DNA of 64,000 nt from a virus (taxonomy: Duplodnaviria; Heunggongvirae; Uroviricota; Caudoviricetes). The notes below the pieces were generated by a model that did no database searches, was not told the origin of the DNA, and saw nothing but the letters and a program-made list of their open reading frames with translations. The stretch lies in the IMG/VR virus record IMGVR_UViG_2519899835_000003. One strand, given 5' to 3'. Positions 39,691 through 49,286 of the stretch are shown in pieces; position 1 is the first letter of the stretch, and each line of letters begins with the position of its first letter. Both the position numbers and the translations under genes were made by a program.

Positions 39691-39779
39691 ACTTTTACTC
39701 ACTTAAATTTTGCCAGTTCGCAGGATTTCGTGTTATCCGTTCGCGTTGGTCAACGGCATTTTTCAGCAGAATATTCTGC

Positions 39780-40313
39780 TTATCTGTCGATACTCCAGCA
39801 CGCCAGCGCGCTCTCCTGGTCACGCCGCGATACCTGCCCGTAACAGTTATTTGAGCGGTTCCGACAGTCCCTGCCGCCGTCATATATCCATCGGCGGATT
39901 TCAGCACATGCACCTTTCCGGTCTCCTGCGTTCAGTTTCCGGTAAAACGTTGAGGTGAAGCATTTCGAAGGCCCGATGTTGTACGGGCAGAATGACGCGA
40001 TGCCCGCTTTCTGCGGTTCGGTCAGTGGCACTCTGATGTTTTTCTCCACCCATGCCAGCGCCTTATCACGCTCAATGGCGTTAACCCGGTCGCATTTTTC
40101 CTTCGACAACTTCATGCCCGGAACGACAGGTTTGCCATCCACCAGGATGGCACCGCGGCAGATAGTCCAGATACCCGCACCATCACGGTATGCCGTGGTG
40201 TGGTTACCTTCTTTTTCGTCAAGAAACTGGTCGAGGATTTCAGGCGCAGAAGCGCCCGCAGCAATCAGCGCCAGAACGACCGCTGATAAACCATAGCGGA
40301 ATTTCCTGCTCAT
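39780..40313 (-). CDS. R: SAR endolysin (T4-lysozyme-like, phage 21 R type)
   Basis: N-terminal hydrophobic SAR segment LSAVVLALIAAGASA then EGNHTTAYRDGAGIWT catalytic region. Confidence 0.9.
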   Translation of the reverse strand: MSRKFRYGLSAVVLALIAAGASAPEILDQFLDEKEGNHTTAYRDGAGIWTICRGAILVDGKPVVPGMKLSKEKCDRVNAIERDKALAWVEKNIRVPLTEPQKAGIASFCPYNIGPSKCFTSTFYRKLNAGDRKGACAEIRRWIYDGGRDCRNRSNNCYGQVSRRDQESALACWSIDR

Positions 40314-40317
40314 CAGC

Positions 40318-40533
40318 TTACTCTCCCCGCGCCGCCTTACGCCGGTCCTCTTTGATTTTGAAATACAGGTTAGTCAGGTACGTCAGCAGCCCAAACAGCA
40401 GACTCCCCAGCACGCCTATTGCCGCCCACTGAGACGGGGAAACCCTGTCCAGCAACTGCAGGAACCAGTAGCCCGTTCCCACCGCTGACGTGGTGTATGA
40501 CACACCTGTTGTGATTTTTTCCATCTGGTACAT
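40318..40533 (-). CDS. S: Class II pinholin (phage 21 S type) with dual-start motif
   Basis: [10 protein letters not shown]... resembles the S21 holin/antiholin dual start; two TM segments; C-terminus [13 protein letters not shown]. Confidence 0.85.
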   Translation of the reverse strand: MYQMEKITTGVSYTTSAVGTGYWFLQLLDRVSPSQWAAIGVLGSLLFGLLTYLTNLYFKIKEDRRKAARGE

Positions 40534-40609
40534 ACCCCGTCTCCCGCAATCCGGAAGCTCACAACAATATAAAGACCACCGGCACACACCGATGGTCCCT
40601 TGCGCATGC

Positions 40610-40855
40610 TTACATCATCATGTCGCTGTCAGGTGTAGGTTCACCGCCATCTGAAGCACTCCCGTCACCCGCGATACCTTCCGGCTCAGGAACCGCTGCT
40701 ACGCCCAGCAGCTCATCCAGAATGGCATCCACTTCTGCATCAAGACGCGACTCAAGATTCTGGCGAAGTTTCTGTTTCAGTGCGCTCCGGACTTCTTCAG
40801 AGCGCAGGACTTCCTTCACTGCCTCTGCAGTGACCAGGGATGTGATTTCTGACAT
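40610..40855 (-). CDS. Hypothetical acidic protein
   Basis: Probable start MSEITSLV within the 135-aa ORF. Confidence 0.4.
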   Translation of the reverse strand: MSEITSLVTAEAVKEVLRSEEVRSALKQKLRQNLESRLDAEVDAILDELLGVAAVPEPEGIAGDGSASDGGEPTPDSDMMM

Positions 40856-40880
40856 GGGATTTTCTCGCTGAAAGGGGTTG

Positions 40881-41063
40881 TTAAGGAGTAACGGGTTCTT
40901 CGGGTTTGCTTCCGGCTGACTGACTGGCGCTGATTTTCTCAGCGGCCCTTTTATCAATCTGCCTGCACCAGAAATCGCGCACAGCCCTGTACCCACCCGA
41001 AAGAAGATACAGCACACAGACCGCCGTACAGAAGTACAGCATCACCTGATGAATAAATGTCAT
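40881..41063 (-). CDS. Hypothetical small membrane protein
   Basis: 60-aa ORF with hydrophobic segment. Confidence 0.3.
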   Translation of the reverse strand: MTFIHQVMLYFCTAVCVLYLLSGGYRAVRDFWCRQIDKRAAEKISASQSAGSKPEEPVTP

Positions 41064-41202
41064 AATTTCTTACCGTTATGGTTGACAATGAGAATTGTTT
41101 TCATTTAAAAAACCAATGTACGAAAGCATCTTTTCTTTACATTCTCCATTGGGATTACCTCCGCCAGCTTCCATTCCTGCCGCTGGCGGCTTTTTTTAGC
41201 AA

Positions 41203-43113
41203 TTATGCGGCTGCTCCAGCTTTGTTTGCTTTAACTTCCACCGTATCAATAAGTACAGGGTAGGTTTCTGCACTACCTGTAATATCCGTAATGACAAACC
41301 TGTTGAGTCCATTAGCAGTATTGGCCCATTTCACCAGGTCAAACGCCTGTCCATCCACACCATCGAGCACCGGAGTAACATTAATGCTGTTACTGCCCTT
41401 AAATTTAAATGCAAGCGTATGCCAGTCATGGTCGAATGCGCCAAACGTGCCAAGTTCTTTTTGTTGATTAACTGTATGATGGTATGCAACATTAATACTG
41501 GCTTTATCTGTCTGGACAAAGAAAGAACTCAGATGGCCTTCACCACCCTCACCCGGCCATTCCGCTATTCGCCAGTACAAACCAAAGGCATACTTGTTTC
41601 TGGTTGTCTCAAGATTGACGTTTTCGGGGATTTTAAACCGGACAGCAATTTCCCCGCCTTTTTCCAGTAAAAGTTTTGCCTTGTCTGCAGCAATATCACA
41701 GTACATTGACCAGGATTTCGCGCTGTTATTTTTCTCAATTCGCAGAGCTTTATTGCCGCTGTCATCAACCAGTGTGCGTCTGCCATACATACCGTCCCAG
41801 CCATAAGGTTTCAGCTGATTGTCTGTAGCTTTTTTGGCATCGTAAAAAATTACAGACTCTGAGGTGGTAACCGGCCTGTCTGGAACAACCACCCCGGCAG
41901 TACCATTAACAAACGCAGAAGACTTACCCGCGCAGCTCAGAATCGCCGTTGCCAGACGGTCGGAAATAATCCCACGGCGAGCCCATGAACTGAAATGGCT
42001 CGCCCTGTCCTGTGACGTCCAGGTGGCTGAGCTGTCACGCCATTTCGAACCGTAATATCCGATACCCGGAATGTCCGGGTCTTCTTCCGGTTTGTTCGTC
42101 GGCACATTCACCCCGTTCTCATCCGTCATGAACGGTACGAAATGGATATTCTTTTCCGTTTTATTTTTATAGCTGCCGTACACCGTCTGGTACGTGGATT
42201 CGTTCTTCTGCTTCCAGAAATACGTCGTGTCCCCGCATATCCAGGGAACACCGCCAGCAGAGCCACCGACGCACTGGCCTGCCATATCCGCCAGGTCTGC
42301 ACGGAATTTATCAACCAGCGCACCAAACTGTGCGGCATGATTTGCCGGCGTACCGCCAAAATCAAATTCCCCCTGCATCCACACCACGGCAAACAGCACA
42401 TTTTTCGGGTTCTTCTCCAGTGCCGCTTTTGTTCGACCGATAAGGTCCTTATACAGCGGCTTGTCCACACCCCAGCGGGTTGAATTCTCCGAGGCACCAC
42501 TCGCGTCACTGTATGTGCCATCAGCTCCGGTGGTGAACGCTGAACCACCACGACAGCACGGAACCAGCAGAATGCCCGCATTCGCCGGTATAAACGGCAG
42601 CAGTTTTTTGGCGATATGCAGCCCCTGCCCCACGGTTCCGTACTGCCCCTTTGACAGGTCCGCTTTCGGATGGTTAAGACGGCTCATGTCCTGCACATCA
42701 TGCAGACAATGGTCCGCCGGAATGATGTCGTTATATTTGCATGCTGCACCGCCCGGTGTCACCGTACTGCGACGCGCTAACTGTTTAATACGTGGATCAG
42801 GGCTGTCGAATGTATCCGGTAATGGCAGTCCCTCACCGTATGACATACCATTGGACTGACCAGCAAGCGCGATCACATAGTAATATTCTGGCGCAACAGA
42901 AGGCGCTGAGGTCGTCGGACGGTTGCCTGGCTCCTCTGGTGATGAGATGCTCCCCTCACTCACAACTGGCTGGATGAACTCCGCACCATAACCAGCTGTC
43001 GAAATCAGCGCACTACCATAAGGCTGCCACCCTTCCTTCAGTTTTTGAGTTATTCGTTTCGCAAGGTCTGACGGCGACGCCGCCCTGACAACATCATAGT
43101 GTTTAAATGCCAT
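41203..43113 (-). CDS. Prophage NanS-like sialate O-acetylesterase (SGNH/DUF303)
   Basis: 636 aa with ALAGQSNGMSYGEG esterase motif; positioned between Q and the holin gene. Confidence 0.75.
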   Translation of the reverse strand: MAFKHYDVVRAASPSDLAKRITQKLKEGWQPYGSALISTAGYGAEFIQPVVSEGSISSPEEPGNRPTTSAPSVAPEYYYVIALAGQSNGMSYGEGLPLPDTFDSPDPRIKQLARRSTVTPGGAACKYNDIIPADHCLHDVQDMSRLNHPKADLSKGQYGTVGQGLHIAKKLLPFIPANAGILLVPCCRGGSAFTTGADGTYSDASGASENSTRWGVDKPLYKDLIGRTKAALEKNPKNVLFAVVWMQGEFDFGGTPANHAAQFGALVDKFRADLADMAGQCVGGSAGGVPWICGDTTYFWKQKNESTYQTVYGSYKNKTEKNIHFVPFMTDENGVNVPTNKPEEDPDIPGIGYYGSKWRDSSATWTSQDRASHFSSWARRGIISDRLATAILSCAGKSSAFVNGTAGVVVPDRPVTTSESVIFYDAKKATDNQLKPYGWDGMYGRRTLVDDSGNKALRIEKNNSAKSWSMYCDIAADKAKLLLEKGGEIAVRFKIPENVNLETTRNKYAFGLYWRIAEWPGEGGEGHLSSFFVQTDKASINVAYHHTVNQQKELGTFGAFDHDWHTLAFKFKGSNSINVTPVLDGVDGQAFDLVKWANTANGLNRFVITDITGSAETYPVLIDTVEVKANKAGAAA

Positions 43114-43597
43114 GAATCCTCCCGGCCGGGATAATATTGTGAGTAAAATAAGGAGCGGGCTGAAGTCCGGAAGTTACAGGACAATGGCAGAAGGGAGACT
43201 ACAGCCCGCAATTCGAAAAAGGTCGCGCAGTTGCGCAGAGTGATTACTATGGGGTATTATTCGCCAGCTGAAATATTACTTCACGTTTCATTGTTCATTC
43301 CTTGCCGCCCGCGTCTCCCAGCGCGGGCTTTTTTGTCCATAAGAAAGCCCCTCCGGAGAGGGGCTGGAGAGTGGCGCTATGTGCCATTGCATGGTGCCGG
43401 GTGCCTCCCGGTGAGTTCAGCCCGGTGCCACTAAACCCGCGTCATTCTCGTTTTGATAATCAGAGATTATACCGTCACCAGTCGCCCCTCCGCTCAGGGG
43501 GATTCACCATGCAGTTTTTTCTAACAAATTCTCATCCGGGCAGACAACATTCAACTGACTTAATTGTGAGGTATGTAACATTCCCGTTGAACGGATA

Positions 43598-43628
43598 CAA
43601 AAAAAGCCAGCCACCAGGGGAGGCTGGC
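43598..43628 (-). terminator. Rho-independent terminator in the Q-to-esterase leader
   Basis: gccagcc...ggctggc hairpin followed by T-run on the minus strand. Confidence 0.45.
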
Positions 43629-43807
43629 AAACTCGTAGAGCAAAATGCTGTTACGCAAACTTCGTTACAGGGTTATCCTGCAATACTTAAAATATACAAT
43701 ATTTAGAAAACTAATAGTGCCATATGAGATTTTTAAGATTTTGTTATTAATTGCGGTCGTACCTTCCTTTCTGTGTACTTTCCGTATAGCTCACAGGATT
43801 CTGGGTA

Positions 43808-43833
43808 CAAAAAAACCCGCGCATCGGCGGGTT
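43808..43833 (-). terminator. Rho-independent terminator about 50 nt downstream of Q
   Basis: acccgc-cgatgc-gcgggt hairpin followed by T7 on the minus strand. Confidence 0.5.
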
Positions 43834-43878
43834 CGGCTGCGTGGCAATGTAACCACTCTTATCATGATATGCAGATTT

Positions 43879-44313
43879 TTACGATCGTAAACTATTTTTT
43901 CGCTGATAAAATACAGAGGTTCTCCCTCCCGGCAATTCACGCTCAACATACCGATCCATCTCAAGCCTCACTCCCAGCATCATCAGCATGCCTTCAACAA
44001 TCCCCTCCGCTTTGTGAAGGCGTTTACCTATACAGGTGTCAGAGCACCCATGTTTCCGTGCCAGCGCCATGAACGTCTCCCCCAACACGTAGTAATCAAC
44101 CAGCAAGTCATGCAGATCGCGATTGTTCCGGTAAAGGCGGGCTATGCACCCGCATATCACCATCGCATCATCGTCACAGCACTGTGGACGTGATTTTACT
44201 TTTTCGGGGATCAGTCCCTTAAATCCGGCAGCAATGGGCGACCATGTAACATCCTCATAGTTATTTACCGCCCATGCCCCCCAGCGCTCAAGAACCTGCC
44301 GGATATCACGCAT
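43879..44313 (-). CDS. Q: Late antiterminator Q
   Basis: [25 protein letters not shown]...[17 protein letters not shown] matches the Q of Stx phages as I recall it. Confidence 0.8.
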   Translation of the reverse strand: MRDIRQVLERWGAWAVNNYEDVTWSPIAAGFKGLIPEKVKSRPQCCDDDAMVICGCIARLYRNNRDLHDLLVDYYVLGETFMALARKHGCSDTCIGKRLHKAEGIVEGMLMMLGVRLEMDRYVERELPGGRTSVFYQRKNSLRS

Positions 44314-44503
44314 CAGTATCTTTACCCCATCCGCGATGAACCATAAGGACGCCATTGACGACGGCGTGCTTTTTCGCATCTTTATCATCAATGTATTTTC
44401 TGACTGTAGCACGATTGCAGTTCAGTATTCTGGCGACTTCTGTCTGATTTCCCCTGGTGCAGATCAGTAATTCAGGTATCGTTTGAATTTTAGCATTCAT
44501 CAA
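44306..44503 (-). CDS. ninH: NinH-like DNA-binding protein
   Basis: 65 aa; [19 protein letters not shown]...[17 protein letters not shown]. Confidence 0.7.
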   Translation of the reverse strand: MMNAKIQTIPELLICTRGNQTEVARILNCNRATVRKYIDDKDAKKHAVVNGVLMVHRGWGKDTDA

Positions 44504-44862
44504 ATGTTCTCCAGTTCGGTGATTTTTATCCCCACTCTACCGCCAGGCACTTTCACGCCGCGAATTACGCGAATGTCATCGAATTGCTCGTCGTCGTCCG
44601 CAAATCCGGCGTGGATAAGAGAGTCGAGTAAACCTTTCAGGATGTTATCGAGGTCGCGACGGCGGGAATCTGGTGGTTCAGCAATAATTGTGATGCGAAG
44701 TCGTGATTTAGTGAAAATGTCTAATCTGAGTTGCCGGATGATTTGCTGTACGTCTTTTCGGTATTTCTGGCCTTTATCGCTGATGTAGTACTGGCTTCCC
44801 CGTCTTCGCCAGTAGGTATTCACCGTCGGCGGCCAGGGAAGCACAAACTCATATTCATTCAT
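44500..44862 (-). CDS. rusA: Holliday junction resolvase RusA
   Basis: 120 aa; VLPWPPTVNTYW...DLDNILKGLLDSL matches RusA. Confidence 0.9.
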   Translation of the reverse strand: MNEYEFVLPWPPTVNTYWRRRGSQYYISDKGQKYRKDVQQIIRQLRLDIFTKSRLRITIIAEPPDSRRRDLDNILKGLLDSLIHAGFADDDEQFDDIRVIRGVKVPGGRVGIKITELENI

Positions 44863-45149
44863 GACTTAATCTTCCCCTCCTTCAGCAATATCGCCTGCGT
44901 CCTGATCACGCCTTCCAGGTGGTAAAGTCTGGCGTCGTTGTTGTCGAGAATTCGGGTGCGTCGGTCGATCTCCGCGTGGCAGTCACTACAAGCCCATGCA
45001 CCGATCAGGTCGTCAGGCTTCATTCCCGTTCCGCAAATTCCAGCCATCCGGTAATGTGCCAGAACTGTCGTTTCAGGATTGCCATTGCATACGCCGTAAA
45101 TCCGTACCTGGCATTCTCTGCCGCGCGCTTCTTTGCGTAGGTTAGCCAT
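44859..45149 (-). CDS. YbcO-like (DUF1364) nin-region protein
   Basis: 96 aa; RECQVRIYGVCNGNPETTVLAHYR...CSDCH cysteine cluster. Confidence 0.75.
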   Translation of the reverse strand: MANLRKEARGRECQVRIYGVCNGNPETTVLAHYRMAGICGTGMKPDDLIGAWACSDCHAEIDRRTRILDNNDARLYHLEGVIRTQAILLKEGKIKS

Positions 45150-45877
45150 TAAGCAGCCTCCCCTGTTACTTTCAGCATTCCGTTATCGAGCGGCTTTCTG
45201 GTCAGCCACTGTTGACCACGCCCGGTGATTTTTGTGGTGAACGAGATCTGTATTCCGTGATTTGTATTGACCGCTGTTTCTTTCACTGTGAAATAGCCGC
45301 GATCCATATATTCCTGCATTGGCACATTGCGCCGGGAACCTGAAGCAATAAGGATTTTGTGATCGCGCATCCACGCAAACAGTTTGTTTGGACCAATACC
45401 AACAACCTTTGCAAAGTTTCCAATCAAAATTCCGCTGGCCTCGCCAACTCGATCGGCAAACTCAACTTTAGGTGCTGCGAGAGCAAGCTGTTTCTCCAGT
45501 TCAGCCTTCTGGTCTTCAAGGTCGGCCGCAAGGCGCAATGCCTCAGAAAAGGTTTGTGGTATTTTCGCGGTTGCCCCTTCAAGCTCTCGCCAACGGTCAA
45601 CAAGACGAGCGGTGAATTCCGGCGACAATTGGGCGACGACAATAATGCTGTCTCGCTTACCTTGTTCGCCTTCGAAGACGTAAGCCTCGACACTACGGCG
45701 CAGTCCTAAGTTATTGATTTTTTCGAAAACCTGCAATGCAGGAAGTTGAATAACTCCAGATTCAGCCAGGCGCTCTATTGATATTTTTACGTTATCTGGA
45801 CGACTCCCCACCAACTCAGCGATTTCAATGCTGGTCATTTTGATGATGCTGCTATTTATCAGCTCATTCATTGTCAT
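45149..45877 (-). CDS. Rha-family regulator with KilA-C antirepressor domain
   Basis: N-terminus MTSIEIAELVGSRPDNVKISIERL; start may be 45838. Confidence 0.65.
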   Translation of the reverse strand: MTMNELINSSIIKMTSIEIAELVGSRPDNVKISIERLAESGVIQLPALQVFEKINNLGLRRSVEAYVFEGEQGKRDSIIVVAQLSPEFTARLVDRWRELEGATAKIPQTFSEALRLAADLEDQKAELEKQLALAAPKVEFADRVGEASGILIGNFAKVVGIGPNKLFAWMRDHKILIASGSRRNVPMQEYMDRGYFTVKETAVNTNHGIQISFTTKITGRGQQWLTRKPLDNGMLKVTGEAA

Positions 45878-45945
45878 GTCCTCTCATATTGAAAATTCAG
45901 CAATAAAAAACCCAGCCGAAGCTGGGTTTGTTAAGTTGTCAATTG

Positions 45946-46629
45946 TCAGTAGCGATGCAGTGAAGGCGGCAACTCTTTGTTCTTAAGCCTTTCCCATGCC
46001 AGAAGGTTCGTCGGCCCGTCAGGCTCATAAATATCTATATCCCGCGTGTGATTAATTAAAACGCCCCTCGCCCTCCCGATGATATACGAGAACTCATAGC
46101 CGTAGTCGTGGCATATGCCGGAATAGCCAGACTGAATCAGTTTTAATGCGGGATACAACTCACGGAACAATGCCTGTGAGCGGTTGGCATAATCCCACAG
46201 CCATACAAGGCTGTCTGTTTCTTTTGCGGAAAGCCCGTTGGGCTTCTTCTCTTGTTTGCCAGTATTTTTCTCGCACTGGCTGAAATAGCAGTCTTCCAGT
46301 TTTTCGAACACATCCCACGCCTGATCGGTTTCTAGCATTTTGGCGTGACGGGCTGCGCCTCGTTCTGTCCAGAGGATGAGGGAGCGAACGTTACGGGCAA
46401 TTTTCACAGAGTAGTTAAAAGCTACTCTGTGCTTGAACTCACGTAAAGTTTCACCTTCAAGTTTGAAGAAGTGTTTTTCCTCAATGAAACGACCTTTGTT
46501 TTCGTGGTGATTCTGGCGAATACGAATAGCTTCTGTGCCGTAAAGGTGCGCCAAAAGTTCGGTAGTGATAACGGGGATCTGCTTGTAAGTAATCGTGGAG
46601 AGTGTTTCAACAGAGATTTGAGTTGTCAT
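45946..46629 (-). CDS. ORF6N (Bro-N-like) domain antirepressor
   Basis: N-terminal ~110 aa shared with the 47548-48213 paralog ([20 protein letters not shown]...[20 protein letters not shown]). Confidence 0.7.
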   Translation of the reverse strand: MTTQISVETLSTITYKQIPVITTELLAHLYGTEAIRIRQNHHENKGRFIEEKHFFKLEGETLREFKHRVAFNYSVKIARNVRSLILWTERGAARHAKMLETDQAWDVFEKLEDCYFSQCEKNTGKQEKKPNGLSAKETDSLVWLWDYANRSQALFRELYPALKLIQSGYSGICHDYGYEFSYIIGRARGVLINHTRDIDIYEPDGPTNLLAWERLKNKELPPSLHRY

Positions 46630-46890
46630 AATGACGCCCTCGAGTGGTTTCTTAATAACTCACCACCGACGACGCCAATCGTCTGGTGGTGAACTGTGCA
46701 GGGTTGGCGTAACCGGGAAACCGACCGGCGCGGATCTCTCCGCCCCCACACAGCCCACCATAATTCAGATGTGCGCGTGCATACGACAATAAAAAACACG
46801 CTCGCGGCGTGTATCTGTCGCGGTCTCTATCCAGGACGCCAATCCCGACGCCAGATTTTGCTGGCGCGTGAGGAATATAGCCCCGAATAA
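46630..46890 (-). repeat. Copy 1 of a ~260-bp structured leader upstream of an ORF6N gene
   Basis: Aligns with 48214-48475; shared hairpins with compensatory base changes; hairpin plus T-run at 46789-46812. Confidence 0.6.
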
Positions 46891-47082
46891 ATCATCACGT
46901 CAATCACCTTGTTTTCCTCGCACGATGTCTTAGCCACCGGATATCCCACAGGTGAGCCGTGTAATTGAAGGCTTTAACGTCAGATTCTTTTGGGATTGGC
47001 CTGGGTTTATTTCTGGAACGTTTCGTTGGAAGGTAATTGCAGTTTTCACAGACTATATCGGTAATGCTTCGTCGCTGTCGTC

Positions 47083-47493
47083 TCATTCATACCTCCTGTC
47101 GGTAAATCTGACACCCTGCTCCACAGCCCAGGAAGTTGTGTACTCAATCAGGCTTGCCATACGCTTCACGCTCATCTGCGCACTGCTTTCGCGGATATTG
47201 ACGTATTCACCTTCAAGACCAGGCAAAACATCAGCTTCCTGTTTTGTCGCCACGGCATGACCGCTGATTAACAAAACTTTCCACTGTTCTGGTTTTAGCC
47301 ATCTGCCGCACCACTGAACCTGTCGGGAGATATCAGCGACCATCGCGTGAAATTTGGCATTTTGATCGAGATTCCGCTTGTAATCGGTGATGCGGATCGT
47401 AACGGGTTTGTCTTTATCGAGAGTTGTTGCAAGGATGGCGTTAATGGCGAATTGTTGCTGCTGCTTACTTCGGAGGAAGATAGTCTGGTTCAT
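47083..47493 (-). CDS. ninB: Recombination protein NinB
   Basis: 136 aa; [24 protein letters not shown] resembles lambda NinB. Confidence 0.85.
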   Translation of the reverse strand: MNQTIFLRSKQQQQFAINAILATTLDKDKPVTIRITDYKRNLDQNAKFHAMVADISRQVQWCGRWLKPEQWKVLLISGHAVATKQEADVLPGLEGEYVNIRESSAQMSVKRMASLIEYTTSWAVEQGVRFTDRRYE

Positions 47494-47547
47494 TATTCCC
47501 TCTCACTGGATTTTCCCAACAAAAAAGGAGCCGAAGCTCCTTTAGTT

Positions 47548-48213
47548 TCAGAATTCAAATTGTCTTGCCCGCAGGCTTTTCAGCATTGGCATGGCCCGCT
47601 GGATAACGGAACTTGACATGTCGAGACGTGTTACCTCCCTCAGTAGCGCGTCTCTGTTCTTCGTCACCATGTAGATGGTCTCAAACGCAATGTCATACAG
47701 CTTGTTCGTGTATGAGGAGTTCAGCTCTTTCATAATGGGATACAGGTGTTTGCTGATGTCCTGGGCTTTTTCCATCCAGAGCTGCATGTAGCAAAGGAGG
47801 ATGATTTCTTCGGCTGTGAATTGTGGCTGAATCTGCGGCTGCTGTTCGGTTGGTGCTGTTTTTCCCTGGCTGAAATAGCAGTCTTCCAGTTTTTCGAATA
47901 CCTCCCACGCCCGATCGGTTTCGAGCATTTTTGCGTGACGGGCTGCGCCGCGTTCTGTCCAGAGGATGAGGGAGCGGGCATTTTTACCAACTAACCCGAT
48001 TGTTTCGGGTCTGTTCTTAAACTCGCGTAATTCGTTTTTTTCAATTTTAAAGTAATGCTTTCCGGGCATGAATCGCGTCGTGTTGTTCAGAAAGTTATCA
48101 GAAATGTTTTTGATTTTTGTTCCGTAAAGGTGAGCCAACAGTTCAGTAGTAATTACGGGGATCTGGTTATAGGTAACAGGGGAAAGGTTTTCGACAGAAA
48201 TTTGAACAGCCAT
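47548..48213 (-). CDS. ORF6N domain antirepressor paralog with the shared C-terminal domain
   Basis: N-terminus like 45946-46629; C-terminus like the 2929-3558 protein. Confidence 0.75.
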   Translation of the reverse strand: MAVQISVENLSPVTYNQIPVITTELLAHLYGTKIKNISDNFLNNTTRFMPGKHYFKIEKNELREFKNRPETIGLVGKNARSLILWTERGAARHAKMLETDRAWEVFEKLEDCYFSQGKTAPTEQQPQIQPQFTAEEIILLCYMQLWMEKAQDISKHLYPIMKELNSSYTNKLYDIAFETIYMVTKNRDALLREVTRLDMSSSVIQRAMPMLKSLRARQFEF

Positions 48214-48475
48214 AATGACCTCGCGTTTCGATAATTTTTACCTCGCCACCGTCAGGTGCTAATCATCGTGGTGGCGAACTGTGCGGGGTTAGCACTACCG
48301 GTCGAAACATCCGGCGAGCCTTTCGGCTCCCCCACACAGCCCGCCATAAATCGCGAATGTGACTGTGCTTAGCGCATAAAAAAACCGCCAGCGCGGTTAT
48401 GCACCGTTTCGATATCCGGGGTGCTAATCCCGACGCCAGGTTTTGCTGGCGCGTGAGGAATATAGCCCCGAACAC
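48214..48475 (-). repeat. Copy 2 of the structured leader upstream of an ORF6N gene
   Basis: Homologous to 46630-46890; hairpin plus T-run at 48378-48398. Confidence 0.6.
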
Positions 48476-48555
48476 GCGACGTTGTCAAACTGATGGCATT
48501 GCAGATCCCTACGCAATGTAACACTATGTGTTATACATTAATAACGGAACAAAAA

Positions 48556-48926
48556 ATGCGCATTTTTAAAAACGCCTGGTTTGAGCGATTTGCACGCAAA
48601 ACAAAATATCCGACCAATCACTGCGCGAAATTGTTAAACAGGCTGATAACGGGCTTATCTCAGCAAACCTGGGTAACGGCGTTATCAAGCAACGTCTGCC
48701 ACGAGTCGGTGGCGGCAAATCTGGCGGTTATCGCACAATCATTTTCTATCGCGTCGGCACAAGGGCCTTTTTCGTATATGCATACGCAAAAAATGAACGT
48801 GAAAATATAACCGCTACTGCGGAAAGTGCATTTCGGAAGGCGGCTCCTCACGTACTCAATCTAACAGATGAACAACTGGCACAACTGATTCTACAGGGTC
48901 AGTTTACGGAGGTACCCAATGAGTAA
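48556..48926 (+). pseudogene. HigB/Gp49-like RelE-superfamily toxin gene disrupted by a frameshift
   Basis: N-terminus MRIFKNAWFERFARK in one frame; toxin-like C-terminus GGGKSGGYRTIIFYRVGTRAFFVYAYAKNERENIT in another frame with no start codon; shift in an A-tract near 48600. Confidence 0.55.
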
Positions 48927-49236
48927 AAATTACCGCAGTGATGCGCTTGCATCCGTACATGAAATGATGGAATCGCTTCATGATATCGGCGCAGTAACGA
49001 AACAGACTATGCGAGAATTCGATGAAACTTGTCTCCAGCCAGCGCCGGTAATGTCTCCGGAAAGGATCCGTGCACTGCGCGAACGAGAGCATCTGTCTCA
49101 ACCTGTTTTTGCCAGATACCTCAACGTCAGTAAAAACCTGATATCAGACTGGGAACGTGGTGTAAAACGGCCGGGAGGTGCCGCTCTTCGCCTTCTTTCA
49201 GTCGTAGAGAAAAACGGAATCCAGGTAATATCATGA
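48919..49236 (+). CDS. HigA-like XRE-family HTH antitoxin
   Basis: 105 aa; LSQPVFARYLNVSKNLISDWERGVKRPGGAALRLL; start overlaps the toxin stop. Confidence 0.7.
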   Translation: MSKNYRSDALASVHEMMESLHDIGAVTKQTMREFDETCLQPAPVMSPERIRALREREHLSQPVFARYLNVSKNLISDWERGVKRPGGAALRLLSVVEKNGIQVIS

Positions 49237-49286
49237 TACTCCAATACAACAAAACCCGCCGAAGCGGGTTTTCATTAGAAGCACCT

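Noticed and set aside
43302-43706. 134-aa plus-strand ORF in the Q-to-esterase interval
   Set aside because: No RBS, runs across several hairpin terminators, and has a proline/arginine-rich low-complexity translation.
43114-43878. Shiga toxin or tRNA genes downstream of Q
   Set aside because: No ORF resembling StxA or StxB and no tRNA-like sequence noticed by eye; the interval is too short for stxAB. A formal tRNA scan was not run.
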